Positions 10,402 to 24,407 are shown, numbered from the whole stretch's first letter. The stretch is DNA of 63,833 nt, filler included, from Olpidium bornovanus S191 (GCA_017911155.1; 29 parts of 29 records of this genome joined end to end with filler, not necessarily neighbours in it), one strand, 5' to 3'. The notes: generated from the letters alone by a model not told the origin. A program made the numbers and translations.

Positions 10402-13400
10402 TTCCTGCTCCGCTGGCCGACCGGGGCGCCGGTCTCCGTCTTCCCTGTCTGCCGAACCGTGCTGGCGCCGCGCCGACCTCGAGCGGCGACAACGTGTTGC
10501 GAGTGCGTGCCTTGGTCCCAGGTGGGGGTGGCGTCAACAGCGCTGTGCACCGACCGCGTCGCGCAGTTGTGAGTAGAGCGCGAGATGAAACCGCGTTTTC
10601 GTCTTGCGAGCAGGAAGGAGGGTTTGGGGGGGAAGGGCCAGCATCACCGCCCGCTGAACTGAACCGTGCGCACACTGAGCAGAAATCCCGATGTGCTCGT
10701 CCTGCACACCGCCCGTGCCGGCGGCCTCGCAACAAGCGGCAGAGCACAAAACACCGGCGCGTCGGCTCGTTCACCTTTCCACATAGACTCCGGGAACCTC
10801 GCCTTTCGCGGGCGTTCCCTCCCTTGTCTTGCCGCGTTCCGGTTCTTTTGTCGGGCGTGCGTCACGCGCGGGGGGTTTTTTCACCCTCGCCTTTTGCTGT
10901 GGCGCCTTTTTTTGGTTTTGGACCCGGGTGGAGCGATTGGTGGCTTGAATTTTTTTTTCTGCCAGTTTCTGGCCGCGGACGGTTTTTTTTTTTTTTGAGC
11001 CGCAAAATCCCACCACTCCCACACAGTTTCCGTCCTCGCCCTCGTCTTCGTTCGCTTGCAGCTCGGCGAGCCTCGCTACCACAGACACGCCGGCGCGGTT
11101 ACAGCCCTCCCCTCCCCTTTCCTTCTCTCTATCCATCCGTCCTTCCTTCCTTCCGCCCTTGGTCTAAATCCTGCGCAGGATCCCGCAGTTCTGAGCCCGC
11201 CCTTCTGACTCTGCTTCCGCAATCTGCCTACTCGTTATGCCTTCCAAACCTACGTTCTGAATCTGGCGTCGCAATCGGCCCAACCTGAACAGGGTTGGGC
11301 AAAATCCGGGTTGAGATGGGGTTGAACGTTAAATTGTAACCCAGATATCTCTCACCCCGCCAATATTGTATTATACTTCGCAAATGTTTATTTTGCCAAA
11401 CAAAAAAGTGCGTCTAAATGCTCTTGAATGTGTCCTTAATCTCTCAAAATCACATTTTCTTTGGTTAATTGGGTTACCTGAAGCCTACCTCTGTTTAAAT
11501 TTTAAGTCCTTCTTCCTGTTTTTCACTCTCTTACTTCTAATGGTAATTTTAGCAGAACCAAGCTATCCAATTACACGAAATACCTGCAGCAAACGAGATA
11601 CAACAAAAATTGGACCTCTTTACCTTGTCGAAAGATCGCCGTCACCTGGAAACAATCGTCGCACCGTGGCGAGCCTTTTAAGACCTCAAGAAACCACCGC
11701 CCAGCCCCGCCTGTTTCCTTTGCAACGCACGTAGGCTCTGCAGTTATTTCTGGAGGGACCGCTGCCCGAACGGGAAAATTGAACAAGACGATAATATCTT
11801 CGAATGCCGAGAAGTTGGGTATGGAACGAAAAAAAAAAATAATTGCGGTATGCTACTGAGGGGGAAATGCATACAAGCCCTGCCCAGGAATTTGCTGGTG
11901 GTAGCCGGAGTTGCCGGGCGGTTGTTGCTCTTGCCATGANNNNNNNNNNNNNNNNNNNNNNNNNNNNNNNNNNNNNNNNNNNNTTAATTAATTAANNNNN
12001 NNNNNNNNNNNNNNNNNNNNNNNNNNNNNNNNNNNNNNNCATGAGTGACAGCGGCGTAGCGTCACGGGGTAAAGGGAGGTGGGGAAGAAAGTGGAGGGGA
12101 GGGGGGAAGAATTCGTTCCTTTCCTTTTTGGGGGGGCCCTGGGTAACCACATCCTCACACTTCGACACACAAACAAGGCATTTGTTCTTGGCAGAGAACA
12201 ATTGGCATCCCACGGCACGCCGCCGTACTACCCGCAAGGCTGTTTTGTTTTGTTTTATTTTGTTTTGCTTTGTTTCTGCACCCAAAGTGCTCGATGCCCC
12301 CAGTGCGGCCCCATCAGGGATGACATCGGCGCGCGCACTCCTCGCGCCGACGCCAGATCACGTTCCTCGACAGTTGTTCAGCAAGACCAAACAAGCCGCA
12401 AGGGCGGCTACTGCGTGCGACCCACCGCCTCGCTGCTGGTTTCCTCGGCTGACCATGTTGGCGCCGCCCCCTCGTCATTCCGTCCCCCGGTCCTGCCACA
12501 TTTCTCACACGGGAGCGGCTCACGTTCCGCGTATCAGTGGACGGACAACTGTCGATTTAAAAAGACCGCCAAATGAGAGTTTCATTTCGCCCTCAACGGA
12601 CTGGCGGCTAACTTACGCCATCGCCGCAAGGGACGAACGGCGGTCGGCGACAAAGCGACGATGAAGTTTTTCAATTTCCAGGCGGGCTTTCTAGCACCCG
12701 CGCGGGGCAACTGATACCCGGCTGCGGGGCGGTTGGGTTCCGATTTAGACATTTTTCTTCTTTTTTTACTTCATATTTCTTTTGTCTCGCTTTTTCTTCT
12801 CTTTTGCCAGGTCTGCATTACCCAGGGCAGAAGGTTATCAGGGCCAGGACGAATGGTGCGATTTCCGATATTCTGAAAGACCGAGCTACGTTCAATGCCG
12901 GCGCCGACGAAGCCGAACACGAGGAGATGGGGACGAGGCTTCTTTTCTTCTTTGGTTTTGGAGTGTTTACGTCTGGGACGGCGAGGCGCAGTTACGGACC
13001 CGGCGCCGACGAAGCCAGGGGCAAATGTTGGCGGATGCCACGGTAAATCCCGAGTGTATCGGGGAGGGAGAAAATCGCGAGTTCCCCCGGTGGCCCGGTG
13101 ACCGGGGCCCTTCCTTGTAAGGGGGCGGCCGATGCCCGCCGTCGGGGGTTGAGGCCGTCGTCAATTGACAGGGACGGAGGGCTGGATCAGCCCGCCTTCG
13201 GCGGCCGAAAAAGACATGTACACCTCCACGACCTCGACTACCGCGAAGGCTTCACCTCGCTGGACGTGATCCCCGGAACTGACGAGCTCGCGGATCAATT
13301 TTCCCAGCTGGTGCCCAACAGCTGCGTCGGGTCGCTGCTGGCCTCGAATATGTCACGTCTTGCCGTCGATCGGCCATCTTCGTGGAGAGCCGACCTCGTC

Positions 13401-14743
13401 GGAATGCGAGATGTGGCCGGTTCCCGTTCAAGAGAGCGCGGTGCCCGGCAGTCTGGCAGGTTGCGCACCGCGCCCTCCGCCTTCCGGCAGTTGTGAGGAA
13501 GAGCGCGTACGAGTCAGAAGACTGCCGCATCACCGCAATACTTTGCACTTGGCGCCGTTGTAGGTCTTCGTGGATCATCTCCACCGTGACCAGCATGTCC
13601 TTGGAAGGAATCTGCCCTTTGGCGAGTCCGTTCTTGTATGCGCTTCTTCGCCTATTTCGCGCGTCTTGCGGACGGCCCCGCATATGACGGCCAGCACCGT
13701 GTCGGGGCTCGCTGCGGTGAGCCGAGCAGAGATGGGCGTGTCCGGCCACCCGGGGGGTTCACCGTGGGCGTGTTCTGTTCGGCCTACGACGGCTTGATGA
13801 GGTACTCCGCGGGGGTGCGGAAAGTCGGTCCTCCCCGGGCGGAAAGAGTTTCATCGGCGCAACGGCCGTGTTCAGCCTCGCTGGCTTCCTGTTTTGCCGC
13901 CGTAAGAAAAGATCCGGCCGATCTGGGGGGAGGGGGAACGGCGAACTCTTTTCTGCTCACGCCGGAGGCGCATCCCCGGCCGCCAGCGCTCTGGCTCGTC
14001 TTCGTTGGTTGCTTCCCTCCACCTCCGAGCATGTCTACTGAGAAGTAACCCCCGGACGTTGGTGGACGACTGGGAAATTGTCAGATCCCGCGTCATTTCC
14101 CGGACGACAATTTCGGGCTAATTATTGTTCCGCCGTGGACGCGCGCGGCGACGGCCAGAAAGACCGGTCTGGCGTCTGCGGCGCTCCTGTTAGTCGTTGA
14201 GAGGAAAACGCGCGCCGATGCGGCGAACATCCGCGAAAGACGGCAAAGTTTCCGTTAGCGAGGAGGCTCTGTCTGTAGAACGCCGTCTTCCACTGCAGTT
14301 TGGCACGTCAAAAGTGACGTTCCCTTGACAAAACTTCCCTCCCTCCCTCTGTCAGTCGTCCTCCGGAACTAAACAGCACGCTCCCGCTAACTCGTCCCGC
14401 AAAACAACGTGCGTGATCCGTGTGAAAGTCAAACTCTCATTTCCCCTTTCGCTTGGCACCGTCGGTCGTGTTCTTTTTTCTCGCCGTGGCCCAAAAAGAA
14501 AAGGCCGCCCCCGCGGAAATCTCGTAAAGTGAGTGTCCCGCGTGCTTATTCAACAGATTCCTCGGATTTTTTTTTCTTTCTTATTGCGAGTTCAGAACGA
14601 ACAGCCAGCTGTTGGCTCATATTCACTAAGTTGCAGGGCATGANNNNNNNNNNNNNNNNNNNNNNNNNNNNNNNNNNNNNNNNNNNNTTAATTAATTAAN
14701 NNNNNNNNNNNNNNNNNNNNNNNNNNNNNNNNNNNNNNNNNNN

Positions 14744-14832
14744 CCATGTGCCGGGCCTTACGCCAATCGATGGTTCACTGTACCAAAAGAGAATGGAGAT
14801 TTAGGATTCATTCAAGACTTACAACCGGCAAA
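14744..14832 (+). mobile_element. Ty3/gypsy-type RT N-terminal fragment, lineage A (degenerate)
   Basis: Translates PCAGPYANRWFTVPKENGDLGFIQDLQPAN, matching the GPYANRWF-x-V-x-K-K-N-G-x-L-R-F-I-Q-D-L-Q-P-x-N type of LTR-retrotransposon RT. Confidence 0.7.
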
Positions 14833-14846
14833 CTGGTTCCCCGGTA

Positions 14847-15025
14847 GTCCTCTAGCCGAAGCCCGGTGGTGAAATCAACTTCTGCTCGATTACCGCAGAT
14901 TGAATGCTGTCACGAAGACCGAAATTTACCCCTTACCGCGCATCGATGACACGCTCGACGCCCTCGTCGGTGCAGCGTTCTTTTCGACCATCAACCTCGC
15001 TTCGGGGTATTGGCAGATACCGCTC
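14847..15025 (+). mobile_element. Ty3/gypsy RT fragment, lineage B (canonical type, degenerate)
   Basis: ...DYRRLNAVTKTEIYPLPRIDDTLDALVGAAFFSTINLASGYWQI is a canonical Ty3/gypsy RT motif block. A stop and a frameshift lie upstream. Confidence 0.9.
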
Positions 15026-15039
15026 CTTATTGGCAGATA

Positions 15040-15193
15040 CCGACGTGCAACTATGATACTTCGAGAGGGCCGCGCCGACGCGCAACCACTATACTTCAGG
15101 AGGGCCGCGCCGACGCGCAACCACGATATTTTTGAGAGGGCCGCGCCGATACGCAACCACTATACTTCGGGAGGGCCACGCCGACGCACAACC
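15040..15193. repeat. Degenerate 35/36-bp minisatellite, about 4 copies (GAGGGCCGCGCCGACGCGCAACCACTATACTTC..)
   Basis: Units start at 15065, 15100, 15136 and 15171, with a partial copy at 15040. Confidence 0.9.
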
Positions 15194-15409
15194 GACCTTG
15201 TTTACGTCGGGGGGTTTGCCCAAACTCGGGTTTCCCTTTTTTCTTTTGTGTACGTTGCGTTCGACGTCGAGGTTTTTGCGTTGGGCAAGAAAAAAAAGGG
15301 GGGGCGAAACCAAAACACTTCGGGCAAGTGGACGGCGTCGCCGCACGTGACCCCGGTAGGCAAAAGCAAAAGGCGGGCGCAAGCGAGCGAAATAATGCAA
15401 GAGAGCAAA

Positions 15410-15485
15410 AGTGCAAAAGGGCTAAACAATGCAAAAGGAGCGAAACGATGCAAAAGGAGCGAAACAATGCAAAAGGGGCGAAACC
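15410..15485. repeat. About 19-bp tandem repeat, 4 copies (TGCAAAAGGAGCGAAACRA)
   Basis: Directly visible tandem units. Confidence 0.85.
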
Positions 15486-15569
15486 GGAGGGAAATCGATG
15501 GAAACGGGGTTCGAAGGTAGAGTAATCGAAGCCGCGGTCGATGTCCGCCAAAAGCCATTTTGGGCGCCG

Positions 15570-15810
15570 ACACCATCCCGTCCACCGTTAATGATGTTCA
15601 GCGCTTCCACGGCCTGGCATCATATTACCGCAAATTTATAGATCGATTTGCCATCATCGCCCGACCGCTTTACGCACTAATGAAACCATCTCCCGGCCTG
15701 CCCTTCGTGTGGCAGCCTGAGCATCAACGCGCTTTCGAGCTTCTAAAGATGAAGCTGACGACCGCTCCCGTTTTGAAGCTCCCTGACTTTACCCGTCAGT
15801 TCCGCTTCGA
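15570..15810 (+). mobile_element. Ty3/gypsy RT thumb / RT-RNase H connection fragment
   Basis: PSTVNDVQRFHGLASYYRKFIDRFAIIARPLYALMK...FVWQPEHQRAFELLKMKLTTAPVLKLPDFTRQF is the canonical gypsy connection region. Confidence 0.92.
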
Positions 15811-15824
15811 GCTTCCGACCGGTA

Positions 15825-16194
15825 TCCGAGACGAGCGTGTACGTTCCAGCGCTCCGAAGGTCACTGACGGCCTTGGTGGATTCCGGCTCGGAGATTAACC
15901 TGGCAGAACAGTGGTTGGCGGAAGAAGCTGGGTGGCCAATGGGGATGTCTCCAGGATGGGTGCTGAACACAGTGGTGGGCAAGGACAGCATCTACGGGGC
16001 CTGTTCGAACGTTCCATTGGTGATATCTGACTTCCAGACTCGGCACAATGTGTTTGTCAGGCCAGCGCTGGGGTACGACCTGATCTTGGGCCAGCCCTGG
16101 CGGGCGAAGCTTCGTTATACCAGCATCTGGAAGGATGATGGCTCGGAGGTGGGACGGGTCAGTTCCTTAGACGGTGAGCAGACGGTCCAATTCC
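15825..16194 (+). mobile_element. LTR-retrotransposon aspartic protease fragment
   Basis: LTALVDSGSEINL (retropepsin DSG motif) ... YDLILGQPW ... KDDGSEVGRVSSLDGEQTVQF. Confidence 0.8.
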
Positions 16195-16398
16195 NNNNNN
16201 NNNNNNNNNNNNNNNNNNNNNNNNNNNNNNNNNNNNNNTTAATTAATTAANNNNNNNNNNNNNNNNNNNNNNNNNNNNNNNNNNNNNNNNNNNNCCCCCC
16301 CACACCCCACCCCCGGGCGCTGATGATTAGGGCTCCCTGTTCACCCGGTTATTGGACCCATTCCACTCCTTCCTCGCGCATTTGCTTTGCCCCCGTAC

Positions 16399-17549
16399 CG
16401 TAAAGCGGTAGCCCAGCTGCGCCGCGCCGTCGACCAAAGCGGCTTCGTCCGGCGAGGACGCCTGGTACTGGATCTCTATTTTTTCGCGATCGGCCGAAAA
16501 AATCGTGAAAACGCGGCGGTCGAACCACGCACCCTCCCCCCCCCCTCCCCAAAGAAGGGTTGAACTGACAACCGCTCGCCCGAAAAACATCACCCGCCCC
16601 CCAGCCCGACCGACCGCGCCGCGTGCCGCCTCCTCGCGGGCTCTCACCCCCGGTGTCCTCATTGGTCTCGGGAATCACGGTGTGGCAGACAGCCAGGAGG
16701 GTCAGGAATTCGTCTATGACGTGCCTGGCGTCGTGGGTCCTCAGGTTCTCGCGCAGCTCGTCGAAGGTGTGCACGCCTCCGGGGAGCTCGGTGCCGTCTG
16801 CGTCGTACTGGGGCCTCTTGCCCTCCTCGACGACCTCGCTGTAGGCTACGCCGGCGACGATGCACTCCCGGAACTCCATGATGTTGCACGTCAGCGTGCC
16901 GGTCTTGTCCGAGAAAATGTACTCGATCTGCCCGAGCTCCTCGACGAGGCTGGACGTCCTCGCAAGCGCCGGCGTGTCCGTCTTCTCGTAGTACATGTCC
17001 AGGTCCGAGTTTATCAGGGCCGCCTGCTGGTACTTTACGACCTCCATCGCGACGATCAAGCTTTTTTTTTTTTGAAAAAAAAAGTAAAAAAATAAAATAA
17101 AAATAAACATAAAAAAGTTGATGAGAGAGAGGGGGGGGGAAGGGAGGGAATTCGCGAAAGATCTTTTCGTGCGACTGGCTGGCCCCCCGTTCTCCCCCCA
17201 ACCCCCCACGCGCGCGCGCGCACCTTATCGGGATCAGGTTGTTGAACAGGATAAGGAAGGTCAAGACGTTCTTGATGAACTGCACCGTCAGGCTGCTCTG
17301 GTCGCCCGCGTTCAGCATCAGGTACCAGAGCTGGTCGGCGTACCTGAGCTGCGTGACGAGGTTCCCGATGGCGCACGCGAAAGACATTATTAACAGGATG
17401 CCGAATAAAAAGATGATCTGCACGTCCGTCATGCGCTCCACGGACGTCCGCTTGATGGGCGTCGCGGACGCGTTCCGCATGAGCTTCGTCTCGTGTCCGG
17501 TGAACACGACGATACCGTATATCCACCGCGTGTTGCGGAGCATGGCACC
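16399..17549 (-). CDS. DRS2: P4-ATPase phospholipid flippase Drs2/ATP8A-like, internal exons 17549-17224, 17060-16648, 16475-16399
   Basis: GAMLRNTRWIYGIVVFTGHETKLM, NNLIPI|SLIV, EELGQIEYIFSDKTGTLTCN (phosphorylation motif), LAVCHTVIPE and YQASSPDEAALV. In-phase GT-AG introns. Confidence 0.95.
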
Positions 17550-17805
17550 CTGGGAACCCAAAGGGCAAAGGGAGGGGGGGGGGGGGGGGACCGCGAGAGG
17601 GGCGGAGAGAATTAAAGAGAGAGTTAGAGAGAGAGAGGCGGAAAGAGTTAGAGAGAGAGAGAGAGAAAAAAAAGGGAGGGGGGAAAAACACGACGCGGGC
17701 GTCAANNNNNNNNNNNNNNNNNNNNNNNNNNNNNNNNNNNNNNNNNNNNTTAATTAATTAANNNNNNNNNNNNNNNNNNNNNNNNNNNNNNNNNNNNNNN
17801 NNNNN

Positions 17806-18035
17806 GCCGCCGCCCGGCGGGTTTCCGCCGCACGCAGGGTTTCCGACACCGCCGCGTCCGGGGATGCCGGGATTCCCCCCGCCGCCTCACCACCCTCTCT
17901 CGCCGTCGGGGATGCCGCCGCCGCCGCCGGGATCATTCCACAGCCCTGCTCACGTCGGAGGGCCACCCATCCCAGGGATGCCGCAACCTCCCGGAATGTT
18001 CGGTCCGCCAGGTGGAGGTCCTGGACAAGGCGGTG
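17806..18035 (+). CDS. Pro/Gly/Met-rich exon, probably the C-terminal region of an RNA-binding or splicing protein; partial
   Basis: PPPGGFPPHAGFPTPPRPGMPGFPPPP...GMPQPPGMFGPPGGGPGQGG followed by a GTGAGT donor. Called on composition only; family not assignable. Confidence 0.5.
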
Positions 18036-19443
18036 GTGAGTGTTTTAGCCACTGGTGGAGGGTAAAGCATTCATTTTCTGTTCTACCTCCAAGTCGTTGC
18101 TAAGCAACTGTTGCCGGCTGAATATTTCTTGCCGCAGCCTTTCAACTAAAGCGACAGGGAGACGGAGAAGGCGGTGAAGCAGGGGCGGTTCATTTTAGAC
18201 TTTTCAACGGCGTTCTTTTATATTTTCATCGTTTTTGTTATTGTTTTGTGGGGCAGCGGTTGGATTGCGGATTTGTTCTGCACCGGATGTGGACCCTGCC
18301 TGTTTGAACTTTCCACTTGGAGGTCTACTGACGGGTTTGCCATCTGGCGGCATTCACGACATTGCAGATAAGCGACGGAGGGCGGGCGAATAGTCCGGCG
18401 CGCCCTTTCCTGCCCCACTTCCCCCCTTCTTCTCATGTAAGTTAGCCATGTAATACCCCCGTTCTCGTGTATCGCCAACTGACCCTCCATCAAACAGACT
18501 GTGCCGGCTGCTGGGTCCATCTGATTAATTCCATCGGAATCTTCCTCCACGCACTCGTTGAAATATACGTCCAGTTCACACGTTCACTTTCTGATATGAC
18601 CTACTGGCCTGAAGTCGTTCTCCTTTATCACCGCTTTACTTTTCTTTTCACCCGTTTCAAGGGGCAGTAAACAGTTGATTGGTTTGTTCATGGCCCCTGG
18701 GCACAGTGCGGGGGTGGGAAGGCAGACCGTGTGATTCATTTGTTGCGAGTGGCATGTCGTGGCCTCCCCCCCCCCCCCCCCCTTCCCTTTTTTGCATACG
18801 AGGCTCTTAGACACCCTCCTTGCTCGTCAAATGAAACGAATAAACAAAGAGCCGGCCTTTTTCCGTATAATGAAAAGAAGGAATTAAGATTTCTTGCCTT
18901 CGCTTTTCGACACACCTTTTTTCTTTTTTTTTAAGCTGTGCTATAAATCGACCGCAGGCCTGCGGTCGTCATTGTGGACAGCAATGGCCTTGAATTGAAT
19001 CACGCAGACCGCGACACTCCGCATTGCCTCGGCACCCCACATCCTAACCGCGCCAGCCCTAGATGCTTTCTGCCGCCAACCCTTATTACCCTGGCTATTA
19101 TTTGATATGACATGANNNNNNNNNNNNNNNNNNNNNNNNNNNNNNNNNNNNNNNNNNNNTTAATTAATTAANNNNNNNNNNNNNNNNNNNNNNNNNNNNN
19201 NNNNNNNNNNNNNNNCGGCGGAAAGACGACGCACTCGTGCAGCAATATACCCTGTTCTTGTTCAGGTTTTAGTTTTAAACCCCCTCTATTCCCCCTTTCC
19301 CCCTCCCCCACACATTTTATTTTCTTCTGTTTCATGTCTTCGCGCGCGCGCCTCCCCCCGTTACAATGTTTCCTGCTTTTCGTTTTTCTGCAGTCGCCTC
19401 CCCAGTTCTTCCTCCCCCCCTCCTCTTCCTCGCTTCCCGGCCT

Positions 19444-19477
<34 letters not shown>

Positions 19478-19889
19478 CTTTTTCGTATGACCGCGGGACC
19501 GCGTGTCTGCGGGGTCGTTCAGGAAAGAAGGAACAAAAAACGTTACGCGTTTTTCCCCGGATTCTCCCCACCCCGGAGACGTTATTTATTTAATTGTTTT
19601 CGATGATTTGCGGGGAAAGGGGGGCTATGATACGTGTCCGAGAAAGGTGCCCATCCGTCTCCTACCAAGGTCCCTGGTAAAACCTCTGCTGCGTCCTGGG
19701 GGAGCAAAAATGTGAACCGGCACTGAGGTAGAAGCATGAGAAGTAACGGAAAGGTGAAGGCAACGGTTGCATAAGCGCGGGAAAGGAACACGCGGCGGGC
19801 GATTCAACTGTAGTGTTTGCAAGGTCCGTCGCATCGTCCATGGCGCTGGTAGTCAAGCGCTAAAAATTGTCGCTGAGTGTTTCTCCCGG

Positions 19890-20001
19890 AAGGCATTCCG
19901 TGGGAGGGTCACAGGGAAAGGCATTCCGTGGGAGGGTCACAGGGAAAGGCATTCCGTGGGAGGGTCACAGGGAAAGGCATTCCATGGGAGGGTCACAGGG
20001 A
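19890..20001. repeat. 28-bp minisatellite, 4 copies (AAGGCATTCCRTGGGAGGGTCACAGGGA)
   Basis: Period 28; one G/A variant in copy 4. Confidence 0.97.
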
Positions 20002-20155
20002 ACGCAAAGTGCCGAACAGCATAGCGGCTCTCGAGCTCGCAGTTGCTATTGCTCGCGAGGTTCTCCGTGGGCCAGTGAGCGCTGACGTCTTTTGATGATG
20101 GTCCCAGGGAACGTCCGACGGCCATAGCCGTGCGGTAGAAAAGCGTCCTTGAGGG

Positions 20156-20194
<39 letters not shown>

Positions 20195-20608
20195 GAGGGC
20201 TGCAGCGGGAGAAGCCGAAAGGGGGCGCACAAGCGAGTGGGGAGCCGAAAGAGCACGTGCAGAAGGCGGTCGCACGCAGAAGGGCAAGCTGCGCGCGGAA
20301 GGATGGTCAGAGGGGTTGAGGGTCACCCTTGGGCTTATGACCTGCGGAAAGACGGGGGGTTTTTTTTTTGGGGCGGGAGAGCGTCTCGCTCGTTTCGCCG
20401 GGAGGGAGGTGTGACCGGAAGGAAGGGCGAAAAAGCGCGGCGCGCCCAAAATCCGCCCCAAATCCCCGCCGCCCTTTGCCTTGGGGGCGGGTTGTGGCGA
20501 CTCTCACACGTTTCCCCCGCCGTTTCGTTTCCCGAAAGACCCCCCCCCCCCGCCCAACACACACGCACCCACGCACACACACCCCACGCACGCCCTTTCA
20601 CACCCTTC

Positions 20609-20816
20609 ATGCCGTCAGCTGCTGCTGCCGCCGCCGCCGCCGCCCCCGGCACGGACCGCCAGTTCACCGCCACCCAGTGCCGCCGCACAAAACACCGCGA
20701 GCAGGTGGCTGCGCTGGTTGCCGGCGCGTGGTCCAGGAGGCTGTCGGGCTCCCGTTGGGCCCCGTTGCTGGCGGAGTTCGTGCGCGCCACAGAATGCCCG
20801 CCGGATATCGTCGCGT
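20609..20816 (+). CDS. Probable first exon of an unidentified gene (poly-Ala N-terminus)
   Basis: ATG...MPSAAAAAAAAAPGTDRQFTATQCRRTKHREQVAALVAGAWSRRLSGSRWAPLLAEFVRATECPPDIVA then a GTAAGG donor. No family confidently recognised. Confidence 0.35.
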
Positions 20817-21196
20817 GTAAGGGCGGGACCGCTCGACTTGCGCGGACCGCGGCCCACCCGTCTGTTACCGCCCGTCGTCACTAAACAGTTTTACCCCCCC
20901 CCCCCCCCCCCCCACCCCCCCCCCGCGCCCCCCCCCCGCCCCCCCCCCCCCCCCCCTTCTCACACTCCGCGCGCGCGGACGCACGTGACGCACACACGTT
21001 TCTTTCGTCGCTCCGCATCCCNNNNNNNNNNNNNNNNNNNNNNNNNNNNNNNNNNNNNNNNNNNNTTAATTAATTAANNNNNNNNNNNNNNNNNNNNNNN
21101 NNNNNNNNNNNNNNNNNNNNNCATGCGCCTGGCACACGGCGTGGGGGAAGGAGGGGGGGATTGCATCTGATCGCGTACGTCTGATACCCCGTTCAG

Positions 21197-21647
21197 TGGC
21201 TGCGCTCTCTGGAAGAACTTCGGCAGGACATTTCCTCGTATCTTGAGGATCGCGCCAGCGTCATCCCCCACGCTCCTTCCTTCAGCGTAACGGAGAAAAA
21301 CGCTCTGGACGTCCTCCTTGAAGCGTGCAAGGTGAGGTGGCGCGACCGACAAGTTGGTTGTTTGCACGAAGCAAATGGCGTTAAAAAGGGTACGTTAGCC
21401 TTCCGGCTTATTTTCGCCCTTGTGCGTCCTTCACGCCCAGGGTGAAACTCGCCTCCTGCTCCCCAACGGCCGTCAAGGATCCCTGTATGGGGAATCTTCG
21501 GCGTCTCCGGAACTACCGTCATCCGCGCACTCTTCATTCGACGGGCACGAGGCGGAGCGCGAGGCCTTCGCTGCGTTCAAACGGTTTATGTCACTGCACA
21601 GGACGAAGGTCCGGGAAGTTTTGAATGTCGCACACATTACAAAGTGA
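21197..21647 (+). CDS. Hypothetical protein, 3' part; possible exons 21197-21331, 21372-21389, 21441-(21589/21647)
   Basis: Phase-consistent GT-AG chain WLRSLEELRQDISSYLEDR...LDVLLEACK|QMALKR|GETRLLL...EREAFAAFKRFMSLHRTK. No homology recognised. Confidence 0.35.
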
Positions 21648-22457
21648 ACAATTTATTATGGTATCAACGCATTTGGCATACTTGTAATTAGTAACTTGCA
21701 ACGCATAGAGAACCACCAGCTCGCCGCACGACGTGTGGTCAATAACCGTTGCTGATACATATAAGTACTGTCTGTTCATAGGGTGCGCTCACAGGCCGGC
21801 ACCAGGCCTAGCTGGGCAACGCGACGTTTCTTGGTGAACGAGGTGACGAACACCCGTTGCGCGGACGCGTCTTCGCGGCGCGTTCCGCAGAAAAAAGGGT
21901 TCGCAATTCGTTTTAGGGTCATCAACGCATGTCGAAATGCCATGGATGCGAGCTTTCTTCTGAGAGCGGTGAGATTTTGGGATGCGCAATCCACGGATCA
22001 TGTTTCCTTCGAGTTCGCCCATGCGCGGAACCCGGGCGGGCGGAGGGGACGAATTGGAAAGAGGGTAGGGTACAAAGAAGGAGGCGTCCCTCCCGCCTCC
22101 ACCGCTCGCCGGCCAAAGCAAACCCGTGATCGCCAGCCTGAAATATTGTCAGTGCGGCTCTGCAAAACAAAGATATGGGTGGGCCGCCGGCGCTACGACT
22201 CGCGCACGTCGCCGCCGAAATGGTGTTCGGCTGAAAAGGAGACAAACTCAAGATGGCGGGGTGGGCGTGAGCGGAAGTTCGCGCACAAAGGCGTGATAAG
22301 AAGAAATGAGGGTCACAAACAAAAGGTAAAAAAACGCGCTTAACACAGGGGGACAGCAGAAATCTAGAACGCGTTTCAATCCGACAACGAAATGTGTGCG
22401 AAAGAAAACAGAAAGCTGGTGGAAAATGTGCGGGGCCCCTAGAATATTTCCCAATCT

Positions 22458-23826
<1,369 letters not shown>

Positions 23827-24407
23827 GATTGCAGGTGGTTTGTGTTTCGCGTTTCGGTTTCCGGGCTCGGGTGAAGTGGGGCGGGGGGGCGGCCGAGGTT
23901 TTGCCCTACGGAATTTGTCGAAAGAATGTTTTTCGCCCGGAACAGAAACGAGGAGCAAGCCGAAGCGGCGCGGACCCGCCCACCCGCTGATCGCGAACGC
24001 TCCCCGTCCGCTCCCGTCACGCGCAAACGCTCGCACGCACGCACCCGCGCAGGACAAGGACAAAGACTCGCGCACTCCGGCCACGAGGGTGGAGTAACGG
24101 GATCGCAAATTGGCCCCGGGCGCAGTTGGCTAACGACGCAGACGACCGCCGGGAGCGGAGGCGGTCGTTGAGTCAATTACTTATGGTCATACTACGCGTG
24201 CGCGCGCAGAGATGGAGTACCTGAAAACCCGCGCTCGCGAATTCGTCCATCAAATACAGTCGTGAAACCCCCCAGCAACCCTCCCACCCCTTGTCGACGA
24301 AACTCGCTACAAACGAACAAAACAGATGAAACAAAACGCCCCGCTTCTGTTCCACTGCTGTTTTCAGCAGTAAAAAGAAAGCCTCGAGACAAGCGAAAAC
24401 TTGACCT

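Noticed and set aside
14249-14264. Half X-box matches GTTTCC-GTT-AGCGAG (here) and GTTTCC-T-GGCGAG (about 52151)
   Set aside because: The 3' half deviates from RGNAAC and no ciliary gene is identifiable downstream.
12040-14643. Several 130-165-aa ORFs on this contig
   Set aside because: No recognisable motif or consistent exon chain, so none was called. Contigs 27436-28785, 33839-36001, 51772-53176 and 57089-59280 were left uncalled for the same reason.
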